64,000 bases of DNA from an archaeon. GTDB taxonomy: Archaea > Iainarchaeota > Iainarchaeia > Iainarchaeales > JAAZKV01. The number at the start of each line of letters is the position of its first letter. Within the stretch, counting starts at the first letter, position 1. The translations under genes and the position numbers were made by a program. The notes under the pieces were generated by a model that saw only the letters and a program-made list of their open reading frames with translations, was not told where the DNA came from and made no database searches. The stretch lies in contig JBAZFU010000001.1 of assembly GCA_041653195.1 (NCBI GenBank), forward strand, positions 70,545 through 134,544, written 5' to 3'. Of the stretch, positions 1-10,547 are shown piece after piece.

Positions 1-175
1 TTGCCGAAGAAATTTTTTCCTTCTCCGCGTTTTCCAAAATCTTTTTTTCAGTATGCGCGACGGCTTTTTTTATTCCATCGATTTTTCTGCGCGCGAGCTT
101 CGCTTTTTCAAAATACTCTGAAGCATTTTTATCAACTGACTTATTCAAATCAATTTCAATCAAATCTTTTTCCAT
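1..175 (-). CDS. NFACT/Rqc2 (DUF814)-family protein, 5' part (runs off window)
   Basis: My translation, not in the ORF track: MEKDLIEIDLNKSVDKNASEYFEKAKLARRKIDGIKKAV. It resembles the coiled-coil segment of Rqc2/NEMF proteins; ATG lies just after the stop of the upstream gene. Confidence 0.65.
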   Translation of the reverse strand, partial: MEKDLIEIDLNKSVDKNASEYFEKAKLARRKIDGIKKAVAHTEKKILENAEKEKISSA

Positions 176-179
176 CAAA

Positions 180-728
180 TCAATCCATGCCAGTTTTCTT
201 ACGCATGATTTCAATTATTGAATCGGTTCGTGAACCGCGCTTAAAAGTCGGCTCGGTCATGTAAAAGACCTGCCTGTCTTTCACAACATCATAATAATTC
301 GGAATTTTTTTCACATAACGTTCCTGTAAATTTTTGTGGTAGGATTCAACGTCCGAATAAAACTGGGAACTCACAACATTAAAGTTGCCCGAACCCATTA
401 TGGAGTACAGCGCATAAACATGCGGATCATTTTCAGCCGCTTTGAGATATTGCTCCACAAGCTCTTGTTTCGAAAAATCCAACTGCAAAAGCTCAACAGC
501 CTCAAGTTTATAACCAAGTTTCCAAAATGCAATTTTTGGGCCATAGCCGAGCAAAATTCCTTCCTTCTTCAAAAAATCAAGAGAGGCTTTAATGGTCGCC
601 AAGTGATACTTTGTTTTAGCCTTAAGCCTACGAAGATTTGGCTGAACAGAATTACTCTCGAGCAAGCCTTTCAAAATGTCAAGCCTTATTGAATCATCCA
701 CCCTCATTTTCTGTGCCACAAAAAACAC
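180..728 (-). CDS. Lrp/AsnC-family transcriptional regulator
   Basis: N-terminal HTH-like region, LKKEGILLGYGPKIAFWKLGY linker, RAM-like C-terminus (SIMGSGNFNVV). Start may be GTG at 719. Confidence 0.7.
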   Translation of the reverse strand: MFFVAQKMRVDDSIRLDILKGLLESNSVQPNLRRLKAKTKYHLATIKASLDFLKKEGILLGYGPKIAFWKLGYKLEAVELLQLDFSKQELVEQYLKAAENDPHVYALYSIMGSGNFNVVSSQFYSDVESYHKNLQERYVKKIPNYYDVVKDRQVFYMTEPTFKRGSRTDSIIEIMRKKTGMD

Positions 729-829
729 CTCAAAAAAGAAGCGATTCTAACAAAAAACCGCATTAATATCAAAATATTACACAATAACCTATTTAAATGT
801 GTTTTTTAGCACATAAAAAGCCGATTAAT

Positions 830-846
830 ACTTATTAAGAATAAGT
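830..846. promoter_or_regulatory. Palindrome ACTTATT-AAG-AATAAGT, possible Lrp-type operator
   Basis: Perfect 7-3-7 inverted repeat ~100 bp upstream of the Lrp gene. Confidence 0.3.
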
Positions 847-913
847 GGCGTATTATGTCATAGTTTTATGGAGGGGGTTTATCTAAAAGGGATAACGCTG
901 AAAAAATTGGAAA

Positions 914-986
914 GCTGATTGGGGTTATTGGAGAGGCTCACCAGGATCTCTAATTTTTTTTGTCTTCCAGTAACCCGCCAGTCAGC
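914..986 (+). ncRNA. Candidate structured RNA (long imperfect hairpin)
   Basis: GCTGATTGG/CCAGTCAGC and GGTTATTGGA/TCCAGTAACC arms pair with U-G wobbles on the + strand, in an otherwise non-coding gap. Confidence 0.35.
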
Positions 987-1054
987 CGAATAAATAAACT
1001 TTAACGAACACTATTTTAGTCTCAGATAACTGTCTTGGGAGTTGTGTAAAAAAA

Positions 1055-3337
1055 TTAGTTTAGTTTTGAGTTCATTTCCTCTTCTTCTTCCAGCTCATTC
1101 AAAAGATCTTCAGAAACCGATTTCGCTTTTCTTTTCAAAACTTTTTTTTGCTTTGCCGTTTTCATGTTGACGGGTTTAACCACGATTCCGGAAATCGCCG
1201 AATCTTTTTTTTCAAAAACTTTTTCAACAGCACTTTTTTCAATCTTCCCAACCGCTTTTTCCACAGAATCTTTTTGTAAAGAGTTTTTCGTCAAAATTTT
1301 TTCTCTCGCTTCTTTCTTCTTGCCCCAATCCTTTTTAGTAACACAAGTCATTGTTAAACACATTTTGTAAGAAAACCTGTTGTTTCTTACCTTTATAATC
1401 GGTGCGCCGCACTCTGGGCAAGTGTCTGCAGTAGTTGTTACTGTCCCTTTCTGCGGAAGAGGAAAAGAATTATTACACCGCGGATATTCGCTGCACCCCA
1501 CAAATCGTTTTCCAGATTTTCCCTGCCTTATTACAAGCTGGCCGTTTTCACATTTTGAACATTTGCCGACAACAGAACTGAAACGCAACGCATTTCTCAA
1601 CTCACCCCCCACAGTATCTTTTTCCTTAAAAAGCAAATCCATTATTTTTCGTAAATAATTCCCGGACGCAGTTACAACTTCCTCACGCGTTTTCTTTCCT
1701 GCCGCAATTTCATCCATTTCTTTTTCAAGACTGGAAGTCATTTCCGGTTTGGTTACAAGCGAGCAGTGTTTCTCCAAAGAATCAATAACTGAAAAAGCAA
1801 CTTTGCTTGGCTCAATACTGCTTCCTCCGACAAGATAGCGTCGAGAATAAAGTTTTTGAATAATTGCAGGCCTCGTGGATTTTGTTCCAAGATTATTTTC
1901 CTCCATTAACTTTATGAGAGACCCTTGACTGTAACGCGCAGGAGGTTCTGTTTCCTTTCCAAGCAATTCAACATTCTCAATTTTAACGCTATTGCCAACT
2001 TCAAGTTTTGGAAGCAAAACTTCCGATAACTTGCTGTAAGGATAAAATGCCTTCCACCCTGCAAAAATAATAGTTTGACCCCGGGCGACAAAAGGCTCGC
2101 CCTCCGCATCCAAAACAACATTCAAATTTTCAGTTTGCGCATCATCCGAAAGAGTTGCAAAAAAACGCCTTGTAATAAGTTCATAAATTCTCCAATCATC
2201 CGCAATCAGCATTTCCTTTTGAACCGCGGAAACAGGATGAATCGGAGGATGATCTTTGGTCTCTTTTCCCGCCGAAGGTGTCAAAATTTTTTTTTCAAGA
2301 ATTTTTAATGCATCGCGCTCAAATTCATGCACCGACACAAGCCTGTTCAAAATCTCACGCAAATCAAGATTCTTTGGATAAACACAATTATCCGTGCGCG
2401 GATAGGAAGTGAAACCGCGTTGATAAAGAGCTTCTGCAACATTCATAGCTTTCCCTGCAGAAAACCCGATTGCAGTTGCGGCACGCAAAAATTCTGTCGT
2501 ATTAAAAGGAACCGGTTTTTTTAAGGTGCGAGTTTTCTTTTCAACATTTTTAACAATAGCACTTTTGGGCTTTTTTGAAAAAACCTTTTTAGCTTTTTCC
2601 TCATTCCAAAACTTTCCTTCCGCATGAGAAGCCAAAAATTTTTGTTTATCCTTTTCACAATGCGCTAAAATCTCCCAATATTTTTTTGATTTAAAAGCAA
2701 GACGTTCTTTCTCCCTGTCCACAATGAGAGCAAGTGTCGGAGTTTGAACACGCCCAACACTCAAAAACTCTTTTCCAAGTTGACCCGAAATGAGCGAAAC
2801 AAATCTTGTAAGCACCGCACCCCACATCAAATCAATTTCACGTCTGGCGTCGGCAGAATAAGCAAAATTATAATCAAATTTCTCGAGCGAATCAAAAGAC
2901 TTCGTTATATCCTCTTTTATTATTGCCGAAAAATAGGCGCGCTCAACTTTTATTTTCCCATTAGTTTCTTTCGCATAATTCAAGGCTTCCAAACCGATTG
3001 ATTCGCCTTCGCGATCAGCATCCGTTGCAACAATAATCCTTTCCGCATCAGGCGCTGAATCTCGAATGCAAGAAATTATCGCCTCTTCGGTAGGAGAATA
3101 AAGTATTTCAGCGTCAATCAATTTCCTTACATCCGTACCAATCCAGTTTGAGTACTGTGAAGGAAATTCAACATCCGAAATGTGACCTCTCAAAGGAATT
3201 AAGCGAATATCATTTCCTTTCCACTCAAACTCAAACACTTTTGCGCCGGAAATGTTTTTGTTCGAAACTTTTCCATCTGCAAGAAGTTCGGCGATTCTCT
3301 CGCCCGCAATAGCCTTTTCGGAAATAATAAGGTCCAT
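1055..3337 (-). CDS. topA: DNA topoisomerase I (type IA)
   Basis: TOPRIM ISEK and ATDADREGE, SVGRVQTPTL, catalytic TSYPRTD, C-terminal Zn ribbons. Confidence 0.97.
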   Translation of the reverse strand: MDLIISEKAIAGERIAELLADGKVSNKNISGAKVFEFEWKGNDIRLIPLRGHISDVEFPSQYSNWIGTDVRKLIDAEILYSPTEEAIISCIRDSAPDAERIIVATDADREGESIGLEALNYAKETNGKIKVERAYFSAIIKEDITKSFDSLEKFDYNFAYSADARREIDLMWGAVLTRFVSLISGQLGKEFLSVGRVQTPTLALIVDREKERLAFKSKKYWEILAHCEKDKQKFLASHAEGKFWNEEKAKKVFSKKPKSAIVKNVEKKTRTLKKPVPFNTTEFLRAATAIGFSAGKAMNVAEALYQRGFTSYPRTDNCVYPKNLDLREILNRLVSVHEFERDALKILEKKILTPSAGKETKDHPPIHPVSAVQKEMLIADDWRIYELITRRFFATLSDDAQTENLNVVLDAEGEPFVARGQTIIFAGWKAFYPYSKLSEVLLPKLEVGNSVKIENVELLGKETEPPARYSQGSLIKLMEENNLGTKSTRPAIIQKLYSRRYLVGGSSIEPSKVAFSVIDSLEKHCSLVTKPEMTSSLEKEMDEIAAGKKTREEVVTASGNYLRKIMDLLFKEKDTVGGELRNALRFSSVVGKCSKCENGQLVIRQGKSGKRFVGCSEYPRCNNSFPLPQKGTVTTTADTCPECGAPIIKVRNNRFSYKMCLTMTCVTKKDWGKKKEAREKILTKNSLQKDSVEKAVGKIEKSAVEKVFEKKDSAISGIVVKPVNMKTAKQKKVLKRKAKSVSEDLLNELEEEEEMNSKLN

Positions 3338-3433
3338 TAAAAAAAGAAATGCTTAGAAAACAATTAAAAATCCAAAACACTGTTCAGACAATCAACGAAA
3401 AAATAATACTTCCAAAAATAGCTGACTCTGAAC

Positions 3434-3907
3434 TTACAATTTATTTTGCAATGGCATGCTTGGAAGCGTGCGAGACTGTTTCTGCTCAGCCATAACAACC
3501 ATTGTTTTCAAATCAATCACGCCATCAATAAGCCCCAATTGATTTATGAACTTTTCAGCACTTTCCAAATTCGGAACAATAATTTTCGCAATTAAATTAT
3601 ACTCGCCGAGAACCTGATAAAGCTCAAGCACAAAATCCATCGCGGCAAGTTTTCTTAGAACGTCTTTCTGTTTTGAAGTTTCAGTGCGCATCTGCACAAA
3701 AATCGGGTTCTCATAACCAAGTGCCTTATAATTTAAGTCCACAGAAATAGATTGAATCACTCTTTTTCGCTTCAATGATTCGACCCTTTTTTTTATTGCA
3801 ACATCAGTGAGTTTTGTTTCACGGGCAATCGCCGAAAAAGAAGCCCTGCCGTCCAACAGAAGTGCTTTGAGAATAATATTATCTATTTTGTCAAGTGACG
3901 CTGCCAA
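3434..3907 (-). CDS. Lrp/AsnC-family transcriptional regulator
   Basis: LDKIDNIILKALLLDGRASFSAIARE HTH; GEYNLI in the RAM domain. Confidence 0.92.
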   Translation of the reverse strand: MAASLDKIDNIILKALLLDGRASFSAIARETKLTDVAIKKRVESLKRKRVIQSISVDLNYKALGYENPIFVQMRTETSKQKDVLRKLAAMDFVLELYQVLGEYNLIAKIIVPNLESAEKFINQLGLIDGVIDLKTMVVMAEQKQSRTLPSMPLQNKL

Positions 3908-4067
3908 CTAAAAACACCTTAAAAGTTCAAAAAACGAAACAACTTATTAAACAACTAAACCCAATAACTATTTAAGGTTTGCTTTTCGAAGAAAATTTGA
4001 GAAAAGCAAGTCGCCTATTCGAAAAATTTGCGACACATTTATATATATCAAAGAATAAGTTTTCTGC

Positions 4068-4370
4068 ATGCCAGTGAAAAAACCAACTAACAATCTAATG
4101 CACAGATTCTGGAAAAAACTTTCCGGAAGAAGCTCCGTGAACGCAAACTTGACTAGCAGATACAGCCGCGCTGGCAGCGTTGACCTTTATCAAGCTAGAC
4201 CAACCCAAGTTTTATACGCGGTTAAACCCGATGCACACGCGAGACCGATAAGACAGGACAAAAAAACTGCGCACGACAGACCACGCGTCAAATACTTTGC
4301 CGCAGAAGAAAAAAAAGTTTTGCGCGCCAGAAGCAGAAAAAGAAGAGCACGATTTTTAAAAATGAACTAA
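4068..4370 (+). CDS. Hypothetical basic protein
   Basis: 100 aa ORF in its own gap, TATA-like TTTATATA ~25 nt upstream. Confidence 0.6.
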   Translation: MPVKKPTNNLMHRFWKKLSGRSSVNANLTSRYSRAGSVDLYQARPTQVLYAVKPDAHARPIRQDKKTAHDRPRVKYFAAEEKKVLRARSRKRRARFLKMN

Positions 4371-4383
4371 TGAAACAAAATTT

Positions 4384-5199
4384 TTATAATTTTCCGCCGA
4401 AATTTTTTTCCCTGAGCCTTGTTGCATTGATCTTCATGGGCTTTGGAGCAGGAATGGCCTTTGATTGATAATATTCGACACTCCTTAGAAGATCTGATTT
4501 CATAATGTAAGAATAGGATTTCATTTGCTCAATTAGCGGGAGCAATAGAACGAGAACAATTACAAGTGAAACAAAATTTCCAGGAAATCCTGCAAGATCC
4601 AAGCCAAATTCTATGAAAAAAATTATTGCAAGAATAAAAGATCCTATTAAAACAGCAGATATTGCAAGGAGCGGCTGAGCTAAAACGAAACCTATGCTCT
4701 CGCCGATTCCAAACGATATTGAATCCTCGTCTAAAACAATACTTTGAGGAACATACATTAACACAAAAGCAACTATCAAATCAATTGCTGCAATAATTGA
4801 AAGGCTTATCCCGAATTGAAGCCCCAAAACAGAAAGAATGTAAAACAATATTGCAAGCCCCAAATAAAACAAAAATATTTTTAGGGAGGAACCGCGCAAC
4901 AATTCGTTCCAATATTCGTCTAGTGACATGTGCTGCACGTCCCTTCTCACAGAGTAAATTGTAAGGGAAACAAAAAAAGAAAAGAAATACAAAAAAACAA
5001 GTCCAACAAGCAAAGCGCCCAAAACCGAAACTGAAGAACTGTAACTCAAAAAAACAGTCCCTGAAGCAATATAAAAATCCTGAAACAAGACAAAAATAAA
5101 AACAAAAACAAGCAGAAGAAGATAACTAACCGCGACCTTTATATTTGCCGAATATTCCTCAGCAGTCTTTTTTAAGACGAGCCCAAGCATCTCAAACAT
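4384..5199 (-). CDS. Multi-pass membrane protein
   Basis: About 6 hydrophobic segments; start moved to MFEMLG, downstream of a TATA-like box. Confidence 0.75.
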   Translation of the reverse strand: MFEMLGLVLKKTAEEYSANIKVAVSYLLLLVFVFIFVLFQDFYIASGTVFLSYSSSVSVLGALLVGLVFLYFFSFFVSLTIYSVRRDVQHMSLDEYWNELLRGSSLKIFLFYLGLAILFYILSVLGLQFGISLSIIAAIDLIVAFVLMYVPQSIVLDEDSISFGIGESIGFVLAQPLLAISAVLIGSFILAIIFFIEFGLDLAGFPGNFVSLVIVLVLLLPLIEQMKSYSYIMKSDLLRSVEYYQSKAIPAPKPMKINATRLREKNFGGKL

Positions 5200-5264
5200 A
5201 ATCGAATTATGAACTAAATATTTAAAAACCAAAAGCAATAGCGCAAACCCGAAAAAAATCATTA

Positions 5265-6533
5265 CTAAATTGAAATTATTTCCCCGTCAAAAAAATTCGA
5301 ATGCGCCCTGTTCATTCTCACCCTGATAAACTCCCCAAACCGCCCTTTTACTAAAACCGGGCGATAATTCTGGGTGCGGGCGGTGAAAAAGCCGTTATTC
5401 GCCATTTCAGAAACAAACGCCTCAAATTCCTTTCCAATTAATAACTTGTTTTTTTCCAAAAACAATTTCTTACAAAAAGCAGAAATTTTACGACTGCGGG
5501 ATTTCTTCTCCAACTCGCAAACTTGTCCACCCATTTTAACCGCCGCAGTCCCAAGACGCTTACCATAACGCGAAATATTTACCACGTCAGGTTTTGCTTT
5601 CACAAGAAGGGAAAGCGTATCTTCAAAATCTTTCTGCGTTTCTCCAGGAAACCCCACAATAATATCTGTAGAAATAGTTATGCTCGGACAGGCACCCCTA
5701 GCAAGCCGAACACATTCCAAAAAATCACTCCTCGAATATTTTCTGCCCATCGCCTTCAAAATTTTATCGGAACCGCTTTGAACCGGCAAATGAAGAAATT
5801 TGTAAAGATGCTTATTTTTGAATAGGGGAAGTAATTGTCGGTGAACTTTTTTGAAATTATTCGGATTCATCATTCCCAAACGAATAAAATAATTTCCATC
5901 AGTTTGCAACAATTTTTTAAGCAACTTTGGAAGAGAAGATTTTCGATCAAATCCATAACAACCCGAATCCTGTGCAGTTAACCAAATCTCTCCAGAAACT
6001 TTTACTTCTCTTTCAAAGGCTTTCACTATTTCATTTTCTGAATAAGAACGCAACTCTCCGCGGGCAATTTTTGTGATGCAATAAGTACAATTTCCAACGC
6101 ACCCTGTTGACAATGGAATTATAGAAATATTATCCTTGCAATTAATGCTTTTTATTTTCGGAGAAAAACTTTGATTTTTTAGAGAAAGCGCTTTACAAAG
6201 AGATTCAAGATGCGTATTTAAAACAATGATTTTTTTTGAAATTTTTTTTATTTCCTCGCCCCTCGCGGCGGAAAGGCAGCCGAAAGCAACAAGTTTAGAA
6301 TTATTCTTTTTTTCCGCAAACAATTTTCTTATTCTGGAAAGCATTCTCTGTTCAGTTGTCAATTTTACCGCACAAGTGTTGATTACAACAATATCTGCTT
6401 TTTTGAAATCATCGACCAGTTGAAAACAATTTTTTTCAAGAAATCCCTGCAACTTTTCAGTTTCAGAAATATTAAGCGCACAACCGTACCCCTCAACATA
6501 AGCCGATGTTTTTTTTGCCGAATTTTTTGACAT
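5265..6533 (-). CDS. tRNA methylthiotransferase (MiaB/MtaB-like radical SAM)
   Basis: UPF0004 N-terminus (YGCALN, INTCAV), CxxxCxxC (CVGNCTYC), HLPVQSGS, DIIVGFPGET, TRAM-like end. Confidence 0.93.
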   Translation of the reverse strand: MSKNSAKKTSAYVEGYGCALNISETEKLQGFLEKNCFQLVDDFKKADIVVINTCAVKLTTEQRMLSRIRKLFAEKKNNSKLVAFGCLSAARGEEIKKISKKIIVLNTHLESLCKALSLKNQSFSPKIKSINCKDNISIIPLSTGCVGNCTYCITKIARGELRSYSENEIVKAFEREVKVSGEIWLTAQDSGCYGFDRKSSLPKLLKKLLQTDGNYFIRLGMMNPNNFKKVHRQLLPLFKNKHLYKFLHLPVQSGSDKILKAMGRKYSRSDFLECVRLARGACPSITISTDIIVGFPGETQKDFEDTLSLLVKAKPDVVNISRYGKRLGTAAVKMGGQVCELEKKSRSRKISAFCKKLFLEKNKLLIGKEFEAFVSEMANNGFFTARTQNYRPVLVKGRFGEFIRVRMNRAHSNFFDGEIISI

Positions 6534-6607
6534 AACAAAAAAGTTGAAGATAAGGATTAAAGCACTATTGAAATCACGTTTTTTCAGAACTAAAAACGCA
6601 GCTTAAA

Positions 6608-7273
6608 TTATTTTGCTTCTTTCCTTTTATCGTAAAAACCGAAAAGAAAAAACGGTATCCATGCAGCCATTGCACCGAGCATAAACTCCAAATACATGCT
6701 CTTTCTAAGCTCCGGCCAATAATTCACCGCGAGAAACTGCTTCACTTCGGTCGTTTGCCCGCTCTGCGCCTGCTGCAAATATTCCTGATTAATCGCACTA
6801 ACATCCTTTGAACAAGAATTCTCGTTAAAACAAAAATAAACCGCCACATTTATCCCATTACTCTGAGAAATAAGCGCCGCATTATTCCCGTAATACCAAT
6901 ATAAATTTACCAAATAACCCAAATAAAGCGCCACAACAAGCAAAACGAAAAAAATTATTGAAGACGCAAGTTTCGTATCAAAATACTCGTTAAACCATTT
7001 TATCGCAAAATAACACAGAATAAATCCCGCAACAGGGGCGAAAAAATACATTATCGAAACCCAATTATCATAGGGAAAAAGCGAACCTATTATCGGAACG
7101 TTTCTCAAGCCGTCCAGAGTGCCCGAGGAGATGCATGTTCCGCCGGAAAAAATGTTTGTGCATGCGCCGCCGATAAACCACAAAAGCGCATAAGAAATGA
7201 AAAACCACAAAAGAACCATTACAAGAAAAAATTTTTCCTTACTTTCCGAAGCCACCAAACCCACTTCCGCCAA
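6608..7273 (-). CDS. Membrane protein
   Basis: About 4 transmembrane segments. Confidence 0.7.
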   Translation of the reverse strand: MAEVGLVASESKEKFFLVMVLLWFFISYALLWFIGGACTNIFSGGTCISSGTLDGLRNVPIIGSLFPYDNWVSIMYFFAPVAGFILCYFAIKWFNEYFDTKLASSIIFFVLLVVALYLGYLVNLYWYYGNNAALISQSNGINVAVYFCFNENSCSKDVSAINQEYLQQAQSGQTTEVKQFLAVNYWPELRKSMYLEFMLGAMAAWIPFFLFGFYDKRKEAK

Positions 7274-7379
7274 ATCACTTAATTTCGTTTAAGAAAAATG
7301 TCCGATAATATGCTTTTAATCTTTACTCAGCGCTCATTTCTCAGAAGCAATGAAGCTTCCGCAAAGGAACTGATTTTAC

Positions 7380-8342
7380 ATGCAAAACGAAATTCCCTGG
7401 GTTGAAAAGTACAGGCCGAATTCACTGGACGAAGTAATGGGCCACAAAGAAATAACCTCGAGGCTAAAAAGCTACGTGAAACAAAGAAACCTGCCGAACA
7501 TGCTTTTTTCAGGACCTGCAGGAAACGGAAAAACAAGCTCGGCGATAGCACTAGCAAGAGAACTTTTCGGAAAAAATATGGGAATGAATTTTTTAGAGTT
7601 GAATGCAAGCGATGAAAGAGGAATTGATGTAGTAAGAAACACAATAAAAGATTTTGCAAGAACACTCGCGTTCGATTCTGATTTCAAAATAATATTTTTA
7701 GACGAATGCGATGCGCTCACAGGCGACGCGCAACAGGCACTACGAAGAACCATGGAAAAATATACAAAAACCTGCAGATTCTGTCTCTCGTGCAATTACT
7801 CCTCAAAAATAATCGAACCGATACAATCAAGGTGCGTAATATATCGCTTCAAGCCGCTAAACCCCGAAGACATTTCAAATCAAATGGAATTCATTGCAAA
7901 AAAAGAAGGACTCACAATAGATGAAGGTGCAAAAAAAGCGGTCAATTACGTTTGCCAAGGCGATTTAAGAAAAGCAATAAACATTTTACAAGGCGCCTCA
8001 TCCACAGGAAAAAAAATAACCGAAGATATAATTTACAACGTTTCAAGCAGAGCAAAACCCGAAGAAATAAAAGAAATGATACTTCTGGCATTGCAGGCAA
8101 AATTTTTAGAGGCAAGAAAAAAACTTGACGCGCTAATGTACGAACAGGGAATGAGCGGCGAAGATGTTCTGCTACAACTATACAGGGAAACCATGGCACT
8201 TGAAGAAAAAGACCTTTCCGACAAAGCAAAAATAGAACTTGTTGACACCATCGGAGAATACGACTTCAGAATCGTTGAGGGCGCAAACGAAAGAGTTCAG
8301 TTAGAAGCGCTGCTGGCACAATTCATGAAATACAAAAAGTAA
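7380..8342 (+). CDS. rfcS: Replication factor C small subunit
   Basis: PWVEKYRP, GPAGNGKT, ELNASDERG, IIFLDECD, SRC motif. Confidence 0.97.
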   Translation: MQNEIPWVEKYRPNSLDEVMGHKEITSRLKSYVKQRNLPNMLFSGPAGNGKTSSAIALARELFGKNMGMNFLELNASDERGIDVVRNTIKDFARTLAFDSDFKIIFLDECDALTGDAQQALRRTMEKYTKTCRFCLSCNYSSKIIEPIQSRCVIYRFKPLNPEDISNQMEFIAKKEGLTIDEGAKKAVNYVCQGDLRKAINILQGASSTGKKITEDIIYNVSSRAKPEEIKEMILLALQAKFLEARKKLDALMYEQGMSGEDVLLQLYRETMALEEKDLSDKAKIELVDTIGEYDFRIVEGANERVQLEALLAQFMKYKK

Positions 8343-8408
8343 ATAACTATGCTTGAACGCCAACGAAAAGAAATATAATCAACAAGTCTGTAAATATCTT
8401 CGAAACTC

Positions 8409-8819
8409 ATGAATCATCCATCCAAACCCGCAAGAAAACCCATTCTTCTTGATAGACACGACTTGATAAGATTAGGCGATATCGCTGAAAAAAGAACAGG
8501 AAGATTTGCATTGGCTGTGCGTCCAGTTCTTGCTGTCCGCGCCCAAGAAATTTACGGAACAAAAATGTTTGAAAAAAAAGTGTGCCACGAAATAATCAAA
8601 AGAATCGTTGATCAGACGACACTCAACCCGATTCAAAAATCCCAATTATACAGGTATCTTTTGCGAGAAACTCCTATAAAACTCAGTAAAGAAAAAATCA
8701 AAGCCTCCCGTGAAAAAATTGCAAAAATTGTCGGAGGAAAAGAAAAATTAGCGAAACTATTGAAAAAAATCAACGATGCACTCGAAAAAAACAGTGAAAA
8801 TATCAATGCACAAATTTAA
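8409..8819 (+). CDS. Hypothetical protein
   Basis: 136 aa ORF filling the gap, TATA-like sequence upstream. Confidence 0.6.
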   Translation: MNHPSKPARKPILLDRHDLIRLGDIAEKRTGRFALAVRPVLAVRAQEIYGTKMFEKKVCHEIIKRIVDQTTLNPIQKSQLYRYLLRETPIKLSKEKIKASREKIAKIVGGKEKLAKLLKKINDALEKNSENINAQI

Positions 8820-8860
8820 TGCGCTCAAAAAAATATTCAAACGACTAAACAAAATTCAAT

Positions 8861-10093
8861 CTAAAACCACTCACTAATTCGCTTCTGTTCCTTAAAATGC
8901 TTCAACAAAACCGATTTCTTTTTATAATTTGCAATTGGAACCATCAACTTCTTTGAAAGAAACTCAAGCGCGAGCTCAATATTCGAAAATTCCAGAGGCT
9001 TTTGCTTCAGAGCAGCGCGAACATTCTCACGAATCTGCCACACTCCAAGCGGAACCGCGTACCCGCTTCCGATTTCCCTGAAAACGATTGCCGCCGCCTG
9101 TTTTTTTTCCTTAACCAAATACTCTGCAATCGCCAGCCGTGCCGCAAAATAAGCGCCCTCGGTTTCTTCAGGATAGCCTTTCAAACCAGAATTCAATTCG
9201 TAATCTGCCCCAATATTAATTTCCTTTGCATCAGGCGTCCAAACCCCCCCGGGCATCCAGGTTTCGAGCTGCTCGAAGGACCACGGAAAAGGCAGAAGCA
9301 TTATCCAAAAATTATTATCCAAATAATTCGAGTGAAACAATTTGAAAGAATCTATTATCGGTTTTTGCCGAATTTCTTCATTAACAAAATACTTTGAAAT
9401 GTTCGAATCGACAGCGGTTATTGCCCAGCGCGTCGGCACAAGCTTTCTATTTTTTTTTACCCCAAGAGAACCGCTTGACAAAACCTTTGAAAGCGAAGAA
9501 ACAGGAATTCCGTCCCGAAACAATTCAACTAATGCGACCGAAGATTTAGCATCAGTATCAAAATAAAAATTATCAATTTTTTTTGAAATTTTCGGGTTGC
9601 CGGAAATTTTCATGCTTTCCAGCTTTGCCGAGGGCCCCATCGGCGCGGAAAAAGAATCAAACGAAGTTTCCATGCGCGGCGTATCCGCCAGCGACAACTC
9701 CAAATCAAGCGAGCCAGAAGACATTGTTATTTCCTGAAAATCGCGCAACTCATAATTTGGATCCTTTGCCGAATTAACCGGCATTGTTTTGTAGGAACGA
9801 AGAAGAGATTCGCGAAAAGAAATAATTTTTTCCTGAGGAAGGCCGTACCACTGCTCAGGCATATCACTTATTCCACTAACTTCATCCGGAACGGAGGAAA
9901 GGGGCGCAACAGAAACCTTCGGATAATTTTTCCACGAAACAAAAAAACCGGGCGGGGTAACGCCCTCAAAATCATTGTCCCTTATCGAGGAATTTATATT
10001 AAACCGCTTTGACTGCCTCTCGAGTATCGGGCAACTTTCAAGGCCGCACAAAAGCTTCCCCTTACATTTTATACAGAGCCCTGGCGAAATCAT
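8861..10093 (-). CDS. nreA: Nre-family DNA repair protein
   Basis: CIKCKGKLLCGLESCP, LVPTRWAITAVD, YFAARLAIAEYL, C-terminal PIP box QKRISEWF. Confidence 0.9.
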   Translation of the reverse strand: MISPGLCIKCKGKLLCGLESCPILERQSKRFNINSSIRDNDFEGVTPPGFFVSWKNYPKVSVAPLSSVPDEVSGISDMPEQWYGLPQEKIISFRESLLRSYKTMPVNSAKDPNYELRDFQEITMSSGSLDLELSLADTPRMETSFDSFSAPMGPSAKLESMKISGNPKISKKIDNFYFDTDAKSSVALVELFRDGIPVSSLSKVLSSGSLGVKKNRKLVPTRWAITAVDSNISKYFVNEEIRQKPIIDSFKLFHSNYLDNNFWIMLLPFPWSFEQLETWMPGGVWTPDAKEINIGADYELNSGLKGYPEETEGAYFAARLAIAEYLVKEKKQAAAIVFREIGSGYAVPLGVWQIRENVRAALKQKPLEFSNIELALEFLSKKLMVPIANYKKKSVLLKHFKEQKRISEWF

Positions 10094-10209
10094 GAATTAA
10101 TTACGATTAAAAAGAAACAAAAACATTACCCGCACACCGTGCCGGTCACACAAAACGGCAAATCCTCAAAAAAAACATTTATATTCAGTTAGGTCACAAC
10201 CAATCAGTT

Positions 10210-10455
10210 ATGCCTTTCAGAGACCTTGCAGCGGAAATAAGGAATAGACCGCAAAAACCCCGCATTCGAAATCCGGAAAGCGAAAAAAAAATAATTGACG
10301 CAAGCGGTCCGAGCATGAGCGAAGCAATTTCGAGGACTGTAACCCCTGGAAAAAGCTGGAAGGAATGCCGAAACCTCAGAATGGACGGCGACAACGCACT
10401 CTGCAGAGAATTTGTTTCAAAATGCGGCAGAGAAAAATGCGGACGAATAAAGTAA
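10210..10455 (+). CDS. Small Cys-containing hypothetical protein
   Basis: 81 aa with four C-terminal Cys; TTTATA box upstream. Confidence 0.6.
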   Translation: MPFRDLAAEIRNRPQKPRIRNPESEKKIIDASGPSMSEAISRTVTPGKSWKECRNLRMDGDNALCREFVSKCGREKCGRIK

Positions 10456-10547
10456 CTCTCTTATTTCTAAAAGAACACGCCGCACAATATTATCGCTAAA
10501 GGCACCACAGTAGTAATAAATATATAATTAGACATTTTATCTATTGC

